NCBI GenBank assembly: GCA_965246715.1
Contig: CBDFFH010000044.1
Span: forward strand, 1 to 64,000
DNA length: 64,000 nt
Origin: Chamaesiphon sp.
GTDB lineage: Bacteria > Cyanobacteriota > Cyanobacteriia > Cyanobacteriales > Chamaesiphonaceae
Reading direction: 5' to 3'
Shown here one piece after another: positions 29,682 to 40,792 of this stretch (its first letter is position 1; each line of letters starts with the position of its first letter). A model generated the notes under the pieces. That model was not told the origin of the DNA and searched no databases. It saw only the letters and a program-made list of their open reading frames with translations. Position numbers and translations under genes: made by a program.

Positions 29682-31595
29682 TTATCTCGGTGCGGTTTCA
29701 ATCGCTAGACTGCGATTTTTCACTTCCAACCAAATCAAAAGGGCATTAATATCTGCTGGATTCACACCACCGATGCGGGTGGCTTGGCCGATCGTCGCTG
29801 GTTGAATTTTAGCTAATTTTTCCCGCGATTCTTTGGATAGAGTTTCGATCGCCTGATAATCGATATCGATCGGTAATTTTCGATTGGACTGTTTGCTAAC
29901 TCGATCGATTTGATGTTGTTGGCGATTTAAATAACCTGCATATTTAATCTCGATTTCCGCACCCTCACATTCAGCAGTATTTAGACTGACATTCCCTAAT
30001 TCAAACTTAGTTAGCGTTTCATAATGAACGCCAGGACGACGCAGGAGTTCGGCAAGGGTAATCGAACCTTTGATGATTTCTCCAGTCGCCGCAGTAATAT
30101 CTCGACCCGTTGGATCTAGCTCTTTAACTCGCGTCTGCTCCAATCGTGCTTTTTCGGCAATGATATTTGCTTGCTTGCTGGTAAATAGATCCCAGCGTCG
30201 ATCGTCGATCAGTCCGATTTCTCGACCTAATGGAGTCAACCGTTGGTCGGCATTATCCGATCGCAATAATAAGCGATATTCCGATCGACTCGTCAGCATT
30301 CGATAGGGTTCGCGCAAGTCTTTGGTACACAAATCGTCGATTAGTGTCCCCAAATAACTTTGTTCGCGCGGGAATACAATCATTTCTTGATGATTGGCAA
30401 ATCTCGCGGCATTTACCCCAGCGACAAAACCCTGTCCCGCAGCTTCTTCATACCCTGTCGTCCCATTTACCTGTCCCGCACAAAATAACCCTTCGATTTT
30501 CTTGGTCATCAAGGTTGGGTAACATTGGGTCGCAGGGATATAGTCATAATCTACTGCATAAGCCGGACGCAGCATCACGCACTCTTCCATTCCTGGCAGA
30601 GTGCGGAGCATTTGCACTTGGAGACTTTCGGGTAAACCAGTCGAGAAGCCTTGAATATACAGTTCGGGAATATCCCGTCCTTCTGGCTCGATAAAAATCT
30701 GGTGACTCTCTTTATCCGCAAACCGCACGATTTTGTCCTCGATACTCGGACAATAGCGAGGGCCTTTGGAATCCACCCACCCGCCATAGACGGGGGAGAG
30801 ATGGAGATTGTCACGAATCAATTGATGTGTCGCTGGAGTCGTGCGGGTGAGATGACAGGGAATTTGTTCCCGTTCGACCCACTCCTGCGGATCGAAACTA
30901 AACCAGCGCACCTGCTTATCTCCTGGCTGCGGTTCCATTTTACGATAGTCAACCGATCGTTTATCCACCCGTGCTGGCGTACCTGTTTTCAGTCGTCCGG
31001 TTTCAAAGCCGAGTCGATTCAGAGTTTCGCTCAATCCCGTCGCGGCAAATTCCCCCGCTCGTCCAGCGGACATCGATTTATTGCCCACCCAAATCGTGCC
31101 ATTTAAGAACGTCCCTGTCGTGAGAATGACTGCTTTGCATTGGAACGCCACGCCGAAATAAGTCTCGACCCCAATTACCTCCTCATTGGCACCCAAGACC
31201 AAATCCGTCACCATCCCTTCCCGAATGACAAGATTTGTTTGATTTTCGACAATATTTTTCATCACCGCTGCATATTCGCGCTTGTCAGTCTGAGCGCGTA
31301 GTGCCCACACAGCAGGGCCTCTGGTGTCATTCAAGACGCGTTTTTGCAAATAGGTGCGATCGGCCATTTTGCCAATTTCCCCGCCCAGCGCGTCGATTTC
31401 GTGGGTGAGCTGGGATTTGGCAGGGCCACCGACGGCGGGATTGCAGGGTTGCCAGCCGATTTTATCGAGGTTGAGGGTCAGTAAGAGGGTACGACAGCCT
31501 AATCTGGCGGTGGCGAGTGCAGCTTCACAACCTGCATGTCCTGCGCCGACAACGACGACATCAAAGGTATCTTGAAATTCAACGGAGGAGTTCAT
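29682..31595 (-). CDS. mnmG: tRNA uridine-5-carboxymethylaminomethyl synthesis enzyme MnmG/GidA
   Basis: [49 protein letters not shown]. Confidence 0.98.
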   Translation of the reverse strand: MNSSVEFQDTFDVVVVGAGHAGCEAALATARLGCRTLLLTLNLDKIGWQPCNPAVGGPAKSQLTHEIDALGGEIGKMADRTYLQKRVLNDTRGPAVWALRAQTDKREYAAVMKNIVENQTNLVIREGMVTDLVLGANEEVIGVETYFGVAFQCKAVILTTGTFLNGTIWVGNKSMSAGRAGEFAATGLSETLNRLGFETGRLKTGTPARVDKRSVDYRKMEPQPGDKQVRWFSFDPQEWVEREQIPCHLTRTTPATHQLIRDNLHLSPVYGGWVDSKGPRYCPSIEDKIVRFADKESHQIFIEPEGRDIPELYIQGFSTGLPESLQVQMLRTLPGMEECVMLRPAYAVDYDYIPATQCYPTLMTKKIEGLFCAGQVNGTTGYEEAAGQGFVAGVNAARFANHQEMIVFPREQSYLGTLIDDLCTKDLREPYRMLTSRSEYRLLLRSDNADQRLTPLGREIGLIDDRRWDLFTSKQANIIAEKARLEQTRVKELDPTGRDITAATGEIIKGSITLAELLRRPGVHYETLTKFELGNVSLNTAECEGAEIEIKYAGYLNRQQHQIDRVSKQSNRKLPIDIDYQAIETLSKESREKLAKIQPATIGQATRIGGVNPADINALLIWLEVKNRSLAIETAPR

Positions 31596-31788
31596 AACAG
31601 TTCGGATAGAGCGGGACTTATCACCATCGCTGTTGCTCTATTGGCGATTGAGTGTTGACCATCTCCTATTCTAACGTTATCCACGAAACCATTGTCCTTG
31701 CGGATGATGACACTATATGGCGTTTAATAATTTTTTGAGTTTGATTGTTTCAACGCCTTCGGCGACTACAATCTAAATATCCATCCAA

Positions 31789-31804
31789 ATCAAGTTTTAT
31801 CGAT
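31789..31804. promoter_or_regulatory. ArsR-box-like operator upstream of arsR
   Basis: ATCAAGTTTTATCGAT, near match to ATCAA-N6-TTGAT. Confidence 0.5.
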
Positions 31805-31833
31805 CTAAAATAGAAACACCAGATCGATAAAAC

Positions 31834-32166
31834 TTGATGATTGACACTCTTAGTCTCGCTCCCGCTCCCACGATCACTGCTGGTTTTCATGCCCTTTCCG
31901 ATCCCCTCCGAGTTCGGGTATTGGAACTACTGCGCGATCGAGAACTATGTGTTTGCGATTTGTGCGAACATTTAAGTACCAGCCAGTCTAAGCTCTCATT
32001 TCACCTCAAAACACTCAAGTCAGCAGGTTTAGTGAGATCGCGTCAGGAAGGGCGATGGATTTACTACAGTCTCAATCTGGCTCAGTTTGTCGTCATTGAA
32101 CAGTACTTGTCCGAGTTTCGGCGGTTTAGTCCGATCTTACCAACCCGGATTTGCCCAGATACTTGA
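31834..32166 (+). CDS. arsR: ArsR/SmtB family repressor
   Basis: ELCVCDLC motif, SQSKLSFHLKTL, RQEGRWIYYSL. Confidence 0.93.
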   Translation: MMIDTLSLAPAPTITAGFHALSDPLRVRVLELLRDRELCVCDLCEHLSTSQSKLSFHLKTLKSAGLVRSRQEGRWIYYSLNLAQFVVIEQYLSEFRRFSPILPTRICPDT

Positions 32167-32172
32167 AGATAT

Positions 32173-32246
32173 ATCAACTTTTTTTGATATTTGTATATCG
32201 CATCACCTTTCTTAGTTGACAAATCAATAAAATTTGAAATGATATA
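32173..32246 (+). promoter_or_regulatory. ArsR operators and sigma70 promoter for pstS-acr3
   Basis: ATCAACTTTTTTTGAT (32173-32188), TTGACA (32216-32221), ATCAATAAAATTTGAA (32223-32238). Confidence 0.7.
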
Positions 32247-32259
32247 GATATACATTTCG

Positions 32260-33324
32260 ATGTCAGCTAGGAGAGAGATGAATACCATAGCTAAGAACTT
32301 TGTGCTAGTTGTCGGGATGCTAGTGTTCGCCGCCAGTTCCACAGCAGCACCCAACACATCCACCCAAAGACAATTACTCGCTCAAGAAACCGAGGTGAAT
32401 AAGGCGACAATTAGGATTGATGGTTCGAGTACGGTATATCCTATTACCCAGGCGATCGTCAAACAGTTTAAAGCAGATTCAAATAATCAGACGCAGGTTG
32501 ACGTTAAAATTTCTGGGACGACAGGCGGGTTTGAGAAATTCTGCGCTGGAAAAACTGACATCAACGATGCCTCGCGACCGATTTTGCTGGCAGAGATGGA
32601 AACTTGCAAGAAAAATGGCGTGCGGTATATGGAATTCCCTATTGCCTTCGACGCGCTCACCATTGCGATCAATCCCCAAAATGATTGGGCAAAAGATATC
32701 ACTGTCGCTGAATTAAAAAAGATGTGGGAACCTGCGGCGCAGGGTAAGATCCTCAAATGGAACCAAGTACGTGCATCTTGGCCCGATCGACCAATTAAAC
32801 TATTTGGTGCGGGTAATAAGTCTGGGACTTTTGACTATTTTAACGAAGCAATCGTGGGCAAAGCCACAGCTACCCGCAAAGATTATACCGCTAGTGAAGA
32901 TGATGAAGTCTTAGCGGCAGGGATTAGCAAAGACCCAAATGCTTTGGGTTATTTTGGTTTTGCTTATTACGAAGAGCACAAAAATCAATTAAAACTATTA
33001 CCAGTTGATAACGGTAAAGGCGCGATCGCCCCATCTCGCCAAACTGTAGAGAAAAACCAGTATCAGCCACTGTCTCGACCATTATTTATTTATGTCAATT
33101 TGCGATCTAATCCAGATAGAAGGTCGCTAGGTAAGTTTGTCACATTTTATATCAGTAAAGTATCGGCAATCGTCGATTCTGTGGGGTATGTTCCGCTACC
33201 AAAAAGAGTTGCAGAGGTTAATTACATTCACTTTAGCAAAGGTAAGACGGGAACGGTATTTGGTGGCAAAGCTAGAATAAATTCAAAAATTTCCGATCTG
33301 TTACCGAAAAAAGGGGAGCTTTAG
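32260..33324 (+). CDS. pstS: PstS/SphX family phosphate-binding protein
   Basis: IDGSSTVYPI, GTTGGFEKFC, SGTFDYF, YQPLSRPLFIYV. Confidence 0.88.
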   Translation: MSARREMNTIAKNFVLVVGMLVFAASSTAAPNTSTQRQLLAQETEVNKATIRIDGSSTVYPITQAIVKQFKADSNNQTQVDVKISGTTGGFEKFCAGKTDINDASRPILLAEMETCKKNGVRYMEFPIAFDALTIAINPQNDWAKDITVAELKKMWEPAAQGKILKWNQVRASWPDRPIKLFGAGNKSGTFDYFNEAIVGKATATRKDYTASEDDEVLAAGISKDPNALGYFGFAYYEEHKNQLKLLPVDNGKGAIAPSRQTVEKNQYQPLSRPLFIYVNLRSNPDRRSLGKFVTFYISKVSAIVDSVGYVPLPKRVAEVNYIHFSKGKTGTVFGGKARINSKISDLLPKKGEL

Positions 33325-33386
33325 ATGCGGTTTTGGAATGATGAGTTTTCATAATCTCTTGCAAGATAGTTATCAAGGTAGATCTG

Positions 33387-34463
33387 GTGGAAAATATAAG
33401 CGATCGAACTACTCCCAAAAAACTATCTTTCCTAGATCGATTCCTCACCTTATGGATATTTCTCGCAATGGCAGTGGGAATCGGTGTGGGTTATTTCTTT
33501 CCTGGAGTAGAAGGATTTATTAACCAATTTCAGGTGGGAACGACAAATATTCCCATTGCCATTGGTTTAATTTTGATGATGTATCCACCGCTGGCAAAGG
33601 TGCGTTATGAGGAATTAGGCGATGTCTTTCGGAACGGGAAGATTCTCGGTATATCCTTACTGCTCAATTGGGTCATCGGCCCAATGCTGATGTTTCTGTT
33701 GGCGATTGCTTTCCTTCGCGATTACCCCGAATATATGGTGGGGCTAATTTTAATTGGATTGGCTCGATGTATTGCGATGGTAGTTGTTTGGAGCGATTTA
33801 GCGCGAGGGAATAGCGAATATACAGCGGGGCTAGTTGCCTTCAATAGCATTTTTCAGGTGATCTTCTATAGTCCGTTTGCGTGGTTGTTTCTGAGCGTAT
33901 TACCGCCGCTATTCGGCCTCAAAGGTAGTGTTGTGAATGTCAGCATTGCCGAGATTGCGAAGAGTGTATTTATCTATTTGGGGATACCCTTTATCGCTGG
34001 ATTTCTGACTCGTTACTTCCTAGTCAAAGCTAAGGGTAGAAGTTGGTATCACGCGGAATTCGTGCCCAAAATTAGCCCGATCACGTTGATTGCGCTACTA
34101 CTAACGATCGCGGTGATGTTTAGCCTCAAAGGGAATCTCATCGTCCAAATTCCCATCGATGTCGTGCGGATTGCCATCCCGTTGATTGTCTACTTTTTCA
34201 TCATGTTTTTGGTCAGCTTTTACATGGCATGGCGCATCAGAGCGGATTATGCCAAAGCTGCAAGTATCGCCTTTACAGCTGCGGGCAATAATTTTGAATT
34301 GGCGATCGCGGTGGCTATTGCCGTATTTGGGATTAATTCTGGTGCGGCGTTTGCGGCTGTCATCGGGCCATTAGTCGAAGTACCTGTCTTAATTGGCTTA
34401 GTGAATGTGGCGTTCTGGCTGCAAAAACGTTATTTTTCCGCCGTTAGTTCTGGCGGATTGTAG
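33387..34463 (+). CDS. acr3: Acr3 family arsenite efflux transporter
   Basis: [41 protein letters not shown]. Confidence 0.95.
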   Translation: MENISDRTTPKKLSFLDRFLTLWIFLAMAVGIGVGYFFPGVEGFINQFQVGTTNIPIAIGLILMMYPPLAKVRYEELGDVFRNGKILGISLLLNWVIGPMLMFLLAIAFLRDYPEYMVGLILIGLARCIAMVVVWSDLARGNSEYTAGLVAFNSIFQVIFYSPFAWLFLSVLPPLFGLKGSVVNVSIAEIAKSVFIYLGIPFIAGFLTRYFLVKAKGRSWYHAEFVPKISPITLIALLLTIAVMFSLKGNLIVQIPIDVVRIAIPLIVYFFIMFLVSFYMAWRIRADYAKAASIAFTAAGNNFELAIAVAIAVFGINSGAAFAAVIGPLVEVPVLIGLVNVAFWLQKRYFSAVSSGGL

Positions 34464-34495
34464 TTTTAGAATAATAACATTCAAGGTTTAAACCA

Positions 34496-34945
34496 ATGGG
34501 CCAATCAATTTCGGAAAACTTGTGGTGGGTAATTCCTGGTAAACTCGCAGGCGTTCGTAAACCTACCCCAGACGAATTAAGTGAGCTAGCCACAGCAGGA
34601 ATTGGCGCAATCGTGTCAGTTTTAGCAGATCGATCGAATCTAGATTTGTACGATCGATCTGGCATTCCACATCTCTGGCTGCCGATTCAAGAAGCTAGTG
34701 CGCCGAGTCGAGCACAAATGCAAAAATTACAAGATTTTGTCGATTTAAATCATCGTCAAGGCTTGGCTGTCGCCATTCACTGTACTGGTGGCATCCATCG
34801 GGCGGGAACCATATTAGCGGCTTACCTGATTTGGAATGGCTCAGCTTATGACGATGCCATGCAGACGATTCAACAGGCGAACTCTGATGTTGAGTTGGAA
34901 CTAGCCCAAATAAGTTTTTTGCAAGATTTGGCAGCCAAAAAATGA
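34496..34945 (+). CDS. Dual-specificity/PTP-like phosphatase, copy 1
   Basis: HCTGGIHRAG CX5R loop. Confidence 0.88.
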   Translation: MGQSISENLWWVIPGKLAGVRKPTPDELSELATAGIGAIVSVLADRSNLDLYDRSGIPHLWLPIQEASAPSRAQMQKLQDFVDLNHRQGLAVAIHCTGGIHRAGTILAAYLIWNGSAYDDAMQTIQQANSDVELELAQISFLQDLAAKK

Positions 34946-34976
34946 CCTAGCGATCGTTAAAATAAATTGCGACCAA

Positions 34977-35435
34977 ATGGAAGAACAACTAATTCAACCA
35001 ATTGCCGAAAATCTCTGGTGGGCGATTCCTGGCAAATTAGCTGGCGTTCGCAAACCTACAGATGATGACCTGAACGAGTTAAAATCAGCCGGAATTGGAG
35101 CGATCGTTTCTGTTTTAGACGATCCTTCTAATCTGGATTTGTACGCTCGATCGGGTATCCCGCATCTCTGGCTGTCAACTAAAGGCGGCACCCCACCGAG
35201 TCGGGAACAGGTTCGAGAATTACAGCAATTTGTCGAGGCACATAATCATCAAGGGGTGGCTGTCGCCGTTCATTGTACCAATGGACTCCGCCGGACTGGA
35301 ACGATGCTAGCGGCGTACTTAATTTTGACAGGAATTACTTACGAACGGGCGATGCAGACGATTCAGGCTGCCAATCCTGCCGTCGATCTGCGCGAAGCTC
35401 AAAGTGCTTTTTTGCGCGATTTAGCAGCATCATAA
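34977..35435 (+). CDS. Dual-specificity/PTP-like phosphatase, copy 2
   Basis: HCTNGLRRTG CX5R loop; close paralog of the upstream gene. Confidence 0.88.
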   Translation: MEEQLIQPIAENLWWAIPGKLAGVRKPTDDDLNELKSAGIGAIVSVLDDPSNLDLYARSGIPHLWLSTKGGTPPSREQVRELQQFVEAHNHQGVAVAVHCTNGLRRTGTMLAAYLILTGITYERAMQTIQAANPAVDLREAQSAFLRDLAAS

Positions 35436-35494
35436 AACATCGCCGCAGCCAACGCAGACCTGATGGTTGCAAATAAGATTGTGGAGGCTAATGA

Positions 35495-36462
35495 ACGTCA
35501 GTTCGGGTTAAGCCGAAGGCGGTAACACCCACTCAAATCCAAGAGAGGGCTTCTTCGGCTGATGGCAATAGGCAATTAAACCACACAAAACATTCACACA
35601 AAAGTTGACGGGGCTACGATGACGAGAATGTTCGACTTGGGAAATATTTTTGAGCTGGTCAATAATCGTTTCAATAATTGAACGTTTTCTGCTCAAAAAT
35701 TTGTCATTTAAACGCATTAATTTGTTCTTCATATTTCGCTTCGGTTTAGCGAAAAATTCTATTCCCTCATCTTCAAATAACTGTGTTGCTAATGATTGAG
35801 ACACATAGCCCTTGTCAGCAAAAATCTTACCAAACAGAGATGAAACTAAGTTTAGGACTGGCTTGCGATCGTCAATATTACCAGGGGTCAGCATGATATT
35901 TAGAAGTTCACCGTTTTCATTAGCTACTAGATGTAACTTAAAGCCAAAGAACCAATCCACAGAGGTTTTGCCGCGAGCCGCCAGATTTTTAAAAACTTTA
36001 TGTCCAGATATCCGTCGATTATGGCAGACTTTTAAACAAGTGGAATCAATAAAACTAATCCCTGTGCAAGCACCAAAGCACTGCTTGAGATAAACACATA
36101 AGGGCATCAGTGTCTGAGGTATCCATTCTACAAACCGTTGATAGCTGGGCAATAGGGGAAAAGCATCTGCCCAATAAACACTTACATGGTCGATGTAATA
36201 ATGCTTGAAATTTCGGTAATGGTGCTGATGAAATGTTATCAAAATCGTCATGATTTCACTCAAACAGAGGCTTTTGGCTCGGCGACGGGTTTTGCTCCCA
36301 TCGGAAATGAGCTGTAAGTGCCAGCTCGGTTCAAACTTTTGGCAGAAATTGTCGATATCACAGAATAATGCATCTAAACTATTCATAGGAGGGTGTGCTA
36401 AATCGTTGATAGTAATACCTTTTAGCTTAACGCCCCCTCCTTTTCTTAACCCGAACTGACGT
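35495..36462 (-). mobile_element. IS982-family insertion sequence
   Basis: Perfect TIRs ACGTCAGTTCGGGTTAAG / CTTAACCCGAACTGACGT around the transposase. Confidence 0.92.
35508..36386 (-). CDS. IS982 family transposase
   Basis: FIDST, WFFGFKLHL, ADKGYVS, RSIIETIIDQLK. Confidence 0.93.
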   Translation of the reverse strand: MNSLDALFCDIDNFCQKFEPSWHLQLISDGSKTRRRAKSLCLSEIMTILITFHQHHYRNFKHYYIDHVSVYWADAFPLLPSYQRFVEWIPQTLMPLCVYLKQCFGACTGISFIDSTCLKVCHNRRISGHKVFKNLAARGKTSVDWFFGFKLHLVANENGELLNIMLTPGNIDDRKPVLNLVSSLFGKIFADKGYVSQSLATQLFEDEGIEFFAKPKRNMKNKLMRLNDKFLSRKRSIIETIIDQLKNISQVEHSRHRSPVNFCVNVLCGLIAYCHQPKKPSLGFEWVLPPSA

Positions 36463-36736
36463 TAAATTACGGCACGTCCGCACAGTTTTAGCTAGGGGTG
36501 TTTTTTCGCGAGCGCCAATCTCGAGCGCGGCGGCTTCCAAGATGTAAAGCCCATTTCACTGCCAAAAGCCTCTTCCTGAATCTGATTGTCGATCGATAGC
36601 TGATGAAATTTTTATCGATCGGTTGGTGCTCTGGCACCTTTCGGGATTAGGGTGACTGGTATAATAGACACGAGCAGACATCACTCTAAGCTGTTGCTTA
36701 GTGCCCATATTTTAGGATGCTAATCTCAAAAGATCG

Positions 36737-37216
36737 ATGACAATAGCAATCGATCGATTACAAATACAAGTCATTTATACTCACGCAGCAGCAGTCTACC
36801 CAGAGGAATGCTGCGGGATATTACTCGGTCGACAGATTGGCGATCGCAAGATTGTCACTGAAGCGATCTCGACGATTAATGGATGGGACAACGCGCTGGT
36901 TAGTGAAGATTTCAAGACAAATGACGATCTCGATCGCACTAAACACAGTCGCTATATCATTCCCCCTCACGCTATTTTTCAAGCTCAAAAACGCGCTAGA
37001 CAGTTACAACTAGAAATCGTGGGTTTCTTTCACTCGCATCCAGATACTCTGGCTATTCCTTCTAATTGCGATCGCGAGCGAGCTTGGGAGGTATATTCTT
37101 ACCCGATTGTTTCAGTAATTCGTGGCAAAGTAACGGAGATTAAAAGTTGGGTATTAGATCGTAATGGCATATTTCAGCCAGAAGAGATCGAGTTAGTCGA
37201 TACATTGGTGAATTGA
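36737..37216 (+). CDS. M67 / JAB (Mov34/MPN) metallopeptidase
   Basis: YPEECCG, GFFHSHPD..A.PS..D JAMM motif. Confidence 0.92.
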   Translation: MTIAIDRLQIQVIYTHAAAVYPEECCGILLGRQIGDRKIVTEAISTINGWDNALVSEDFKTNDDLDRTKHSRYIIPPHAIFQAQKRARQLQLEIVGFFHSHPDTLAIPSNCDRERAWEVYSYPIVSVIRGKVTEIKSWVLDRNGIFQPEEIELVDTLVN

Positions 37217-37227
37217 GCCAGTAGTTA

Positions 37228-37374
37228 ATTTCAGTTCGGGATAAGAATAGCTTAAAGACTGAAAGTCTCCGCTGGTGATGCAGAGTCTGCGTAGGCAGAC
37301 TTCGTATCGTTAGCCCCGATTGAAATCGGCGGCGTTACTAGAACGAAGCCAATATCCTTAACCCGAACTGACGT
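37228..37374. mobile_element. IS982-derived MITE
   Basis: Degenerate left end ATTTCAGTTCGGGATAAG, perfect right end CTTAACCCGAACTGACGT. Confidence 0.75.
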
Positions 37375-37457
37375 TAATGACAATCGAAGTTCTCCCGCTA
37401 TCAATCTCAAAATATCTGGAGCCAAGATCGGTTCCCTGCAAAACATTACCAGTATCC

Positions 37458-37473
37458 ATCAAATAAAATTGAT
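37458..37473. promoter_or_regulatory. ArsR box upstream of gap-arsJ
   Basis: ATCAAATAAAATTGAT, exact ATCAA-N6-TTGAT; weaker copy at 37533-37548. Confidence 0.65.
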
Positions 37474-37587
37474 TTAGATATATGCTATATAAGACAGATA
37501 CTATGGCAATCGAGTAAAAAATAACTAAACTCATCAAAATATTTTGTTAATTTACGATTAACCGAGCGTTAACGATTAGGAAGAATT

Positions 37588-38595
37588 ATGGCTATAAAAG
37601 TTGGCATTAATGGATTTGGCAGAATTGGACGGTTAGCTCTCCGCGCAGCTTGGGGCTGTCCAGATCTGGAGTTCGTACATATCAATGAAATTAAAGGTGG
37701 CGCAGAAACAGCGGCGCACTTATTAAAATATGACTCGGTTCACGGACGCTGGGTACCAACCGTGACAGCGACGGAAACTGAAATTTCGATCGATAGCAAA
37801 ACTCTCAGCTTCAGCGATTACAACGAGCCAGGGAAAGTAGACTGGGCTGAGTTTGGGATAGATATCGTCTTGGAGGCTTCTGGTAAATTTCGGACACCGG
37901 AAACTTTGAATCCATATTTCGATCGAGGTGTGAAAAAGGTGATTGTTGCCGCACCCGTGAAGGAAGAAGCCCTTAATATCGTCATGGGTGTTAACGATCA
38001 TCTCTACGAACCGACCAAACATCGCCTCCTTACCGCCGCATCTTGCACCACCAACTGTCTAGCTCCAGTAATTAAAGTCATTCTCGCAGGTATTGGCATC
38101 AAACACGGTCTGATTACGACGATCCACAACCACACCAACACCCAAATTGTGGTCGATGCACCTCACAAAGATTTGCGCCGAGCCAGAGCGACGGGGATGT
38201 CCCTGATTCCGACCACGACAGGTTCGGCGACAGCAATTGGGCTGATTTATCCCGAACTCAACGGTAAACTCAATGGACTCGCCGTGCGCGTACCGTTATT
38301 GAATGCGTCCCTGACCGATTGTGTGTTTGAAGTCGATCGACCTACCACAGTCGCAGAAGTGAATGGTTTGCTCAAAACTGCTGCTGAAGGCGAACTCAAG
38401 GGGATTTTGGGTTATGAAGAATTGCCGCTAGTCTCGATCGATCACAAAGACGACCCGAGATCGGCGATTATCGATGCTCTATCTACGATGGTGGTTGACG
38501 AAACTCAAGTCAAGATCTTAGCTTGGTACGACAACGAATGGGGCTATGCCAACCGGATGGTCGAACTAGCCCAGAAAGTAGCCCTCAGCCTGTAG
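37588..38595 (+). CDS. gap: ArsJ-associated glyceraldehyde-3-phosphate dehydrogenase
   Basis: [30 protein letters not shown]; directly upstream of arsJ. Confidence 0.93.
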   Translation: MAIKVGINGFGRIGRLALRAAWGCPDLEFVHINEIKGGAETAAHLLKYDSVHGRWVPTVTATETEISIDSKTLSFSDYNEPGKVDWAEFGIDIVLEASGKFRTPETLNPYFDRGVKKVIVAAPVKEEALNIVMGVNDHLYEPTKHRLLTAASCTTNCLAPVIKVILAGIGIKHGLITTIHNHTNTQIVVDAPHKDLRRARATGMSLIPTTTGSATAIGLIYPELNGKLNGLAVRVPLLNASLTDCVFEVDRPTTVAEVNGLLKTAAEGELKGILGYEELPLVSIDHKDDPRSAIIDALSTMVVDETQVKILAWYDNEWGYANRMVELAQKVALSL

Positions 38596-38611
38596 ATCGA
38601 AACGATCTGAT

Positions 38612-38780
38612 GTAGGGGTAAGCACAAGGTTTACCCATAGCCCACTAGGTTACCCACAAGCGGCGTTTTTATTCGGGGGTTCCCCTCGAATAAAAAAACG
38701 ACAAGACAGCAATGTGCGCTCTGACGTAAAGCGACCGCCGCTAGGCGGCGCGCAAGCTTCGAGACAGGGGCACCCCTACA
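38612..38780. repeat. REP-like element with nested short repeats
   Basis: GTAGGGG...GGGGCACCCCTACA shell; internal GCGGCGTTTTTATTCGGGGGTTCCCCTCGAATAAAAAAACGACAAGACAGC is nearly identical to 53750-53800. Confidence 0.7.
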
Positions 38781-39304
38781 AGAATAACAACATGACTACC
38801 AACACAACACCAGAATCTAAATCTAATCTCCGAAATTACATCCTCGTCACGCTGGCATATTGGGGCTTTACCATTACCGATGGTGCCCTGCGAGTGCTGG
38901 TATTACTGTATTTCAATAGTATCGGCTACACGCCGATTCAGATTGCCTCACTATTTTTGTTCTATGAAGTATTTGGTGTCGTCACCAACTTTCTCGGTGG
39001 TTGGATTGGTTCCCAGTTTGGGCTTAAGGTGATTCCCGATAAAAAAGCCACCCAGTTATAGTACTATTTTATTGGTAAGCCGAAGAAAGGAAGATAGTAG
39101 TATTGTTTAGCAATAAAACCGAACTCACGTTAAGTAGTAGCCAAAGAGAAGATTTACGGCTAGCTTCTGCTAAATTAAGCGGTGTAAAACGTCGTTACTT
39201 TCAAGCAGAAATGGCAATTAAATATTGCCAAGGAAACGCTAGATTGACAGAGAGGATATTTGGTTGGAGTAGAGAAACTGTAGCACTAGGGTTAGCAGAG
39301 AAAC

Positions 39305-40792
39305 CAGGGTGAACGCACTTAAATTTCCTACTATTTAAAATCCTCGCAAATCAGTTGCAGATTTGAATTACGAAAAGTATGAAAGCTTTAATGGTAAACA
39401 AGTATAGCCAGTTAATTATGTTATATTTATTGGAAATTCAGATCGCGTCAAATGAAGCTAAAGCCAAGGCATAGTATCGCAGAACACTTTGGTGACATAA
39501 AAGACATTAGAATTGAACGGGGGAAAAAACACAAACTAATCGATATTATCACGATCTCGATTTGTGCAGTAGTATGTGGAGCAGATGGATGGGAAGACAT
39601 AGAGCTGTATGGCATCACCAGAAAAAAATGGCTGGAGGAATTTCTAGAATTACCGAATGGGATACCATCTCACGATACATTTGCACGGGTATTTTCACAA
39701 ATTAATCCTGAAGAATTCAATAAATCTTTCCTGCATTGGATTAAAGGAATAAGTAAAATAACAGCAGGAGAGATAATCGCATTTGATGGAAAACAATCTC
39801 GAAATTCAAGAGACGAAAAAAATGGTAAAGGAGTAATTAATACGGTCAGTGCTTGGGCAGCAAGTAATAGATTAGTATTAGGACAAACAAAAGTCGAGAG
39901 TAAATCAAATGAAATTACTGCATTGCCTGAGTTGATTAATGCCTTAGATCTAGCTGGATGTATAGTGACAATTGATGCAATGGGATGTCAGCGAGAAATA
40001 GTCAAGAAAATTGTCAAAAAAGAAGCAGATTATGTAATTGCTGTCAAAAAGAATCAACCAAGTTTATATGAAAGGGTAGAACAGCTATTCAAACAGGCGA
40101 TTAAAACTCGTGGTGAAAGTCTGAAAACGCATAGCTTCAGCAGTAGAGAGATGAATAGAGGTAGAGAGGAAACTCGTAATTACCTAATGATATCAGACAT
40201 TGCAACATCAATAGATCCATTGCTAAAATGGCAAAATCTGACTAGTATTTGCATGGTAGAATCAGTTCGAGTTGTCAATGAAAAAACCAGCGTAGAAGCT
40301 CGTTATTTCATCAGTAGCTTAGAAGATAATGTTGAAAAACTAGCAGAAGCAATCAGAGGTCATTGGTCGATAGAAAATTCACTCCATTGGGTACTTGATG
40401 TTATTTTCAAAGAAGACATTAGTCGAATTAGAAAAGATAATGCTCCAGCTAATTTTGCTGTTTTAAGACATATAGCAGTTAATATAATGAGTCAGAACAA
40501 GAGTCGAAAACTAAGTGTTAGGAAGAAGCGATTTCTTGCGAGCCTTGATGAAGAATATTCGCGCGAACTTCTAGAGGCTATTTTAGCCTAAATTTAACTA
40601 ACCCCAGAGTATGAATTTGGCTAAATATCTTTAGCCGCACTTTTGCCGGACTAAATTGAGTTAATTTAACCTCGTCTTTGGTTTCGATTTTATTGATATT
40701 GTCGTAATTGTAGTTAAGCAATCGAATATCATTAATCGCCTATTTTAGTGGCTCTCGATCGAAATAAATCCTGTTTTGATGCGTTCACCCTG
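39305..40792 (+). mobile_element. ISAs1-family insertion sequence
   Basis: TIRs CAGGGTGAACGCA / TGCGTTCACCCTG; perfect 10-bp TSD GCAGAGAAAC. Confidence 0.95.
39452..40591 (+). CDS. ISAs1 family transposase (intact)
   Basis: GIPSHDTF, AFDGK, KSNEITA, TIDAMGCQ, RGHWSIENSLHWVLDV. Confidence 0.95.
   Translation: MKLKPRHSIAEHFGDIKDIRIERGKKHKLIDIITISICAVVCGADGWEDIELYGITRKKWLEEFLELPNGIPSHDTFARVFSQINPEEFNKSFLHWIKGISKITAGEIIAFDGKQSRNSRDEKNGKGVINTVSAWAASNRLVLGQTKVESKSNEITALPELINALDLAGCIVTIDAMGCQREIVKKIVKKEADYVIAVKKNQPSLYERVEQLFKQAIKTRGESLKTHSFSSREMNRGREETRNYLMISDIATSIDPLLKWQNLTSICMVESVRVVNEKTSVEARYFISSLEDNVEKLAEAIRGHWSIENSLHWVLDVIFKEDISRIRKDNAPANFAVLRHIAVNIMSQNKSRKLSVRKKRFLASLDEEYSRELLEAILA

Larger units (their letters stand above)
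35495..37374. mobile_element. Composite transposon: IS982 + JAB peptidase gene + IS982-derived MITE
   Basis: TAATGA directly flanks both outer ends (35489-35494 and 37375-37380). Confidence 0.7.

Noticed and set aside
36737..37216. JAB peptidase as part of a CBASS or ubiquitin-like defence system
   Set aside because: No CD-NTase, E1/E2 or Ubl nearby; resembles the ordinary cyanobacterial M67 protein and is explained as transposon cargo.
38714..39061. 115-aa ORF as a separate gene
   Set aside because: Chimera of repeat sequence, arsJ 5' part and the ISAzo13 end.
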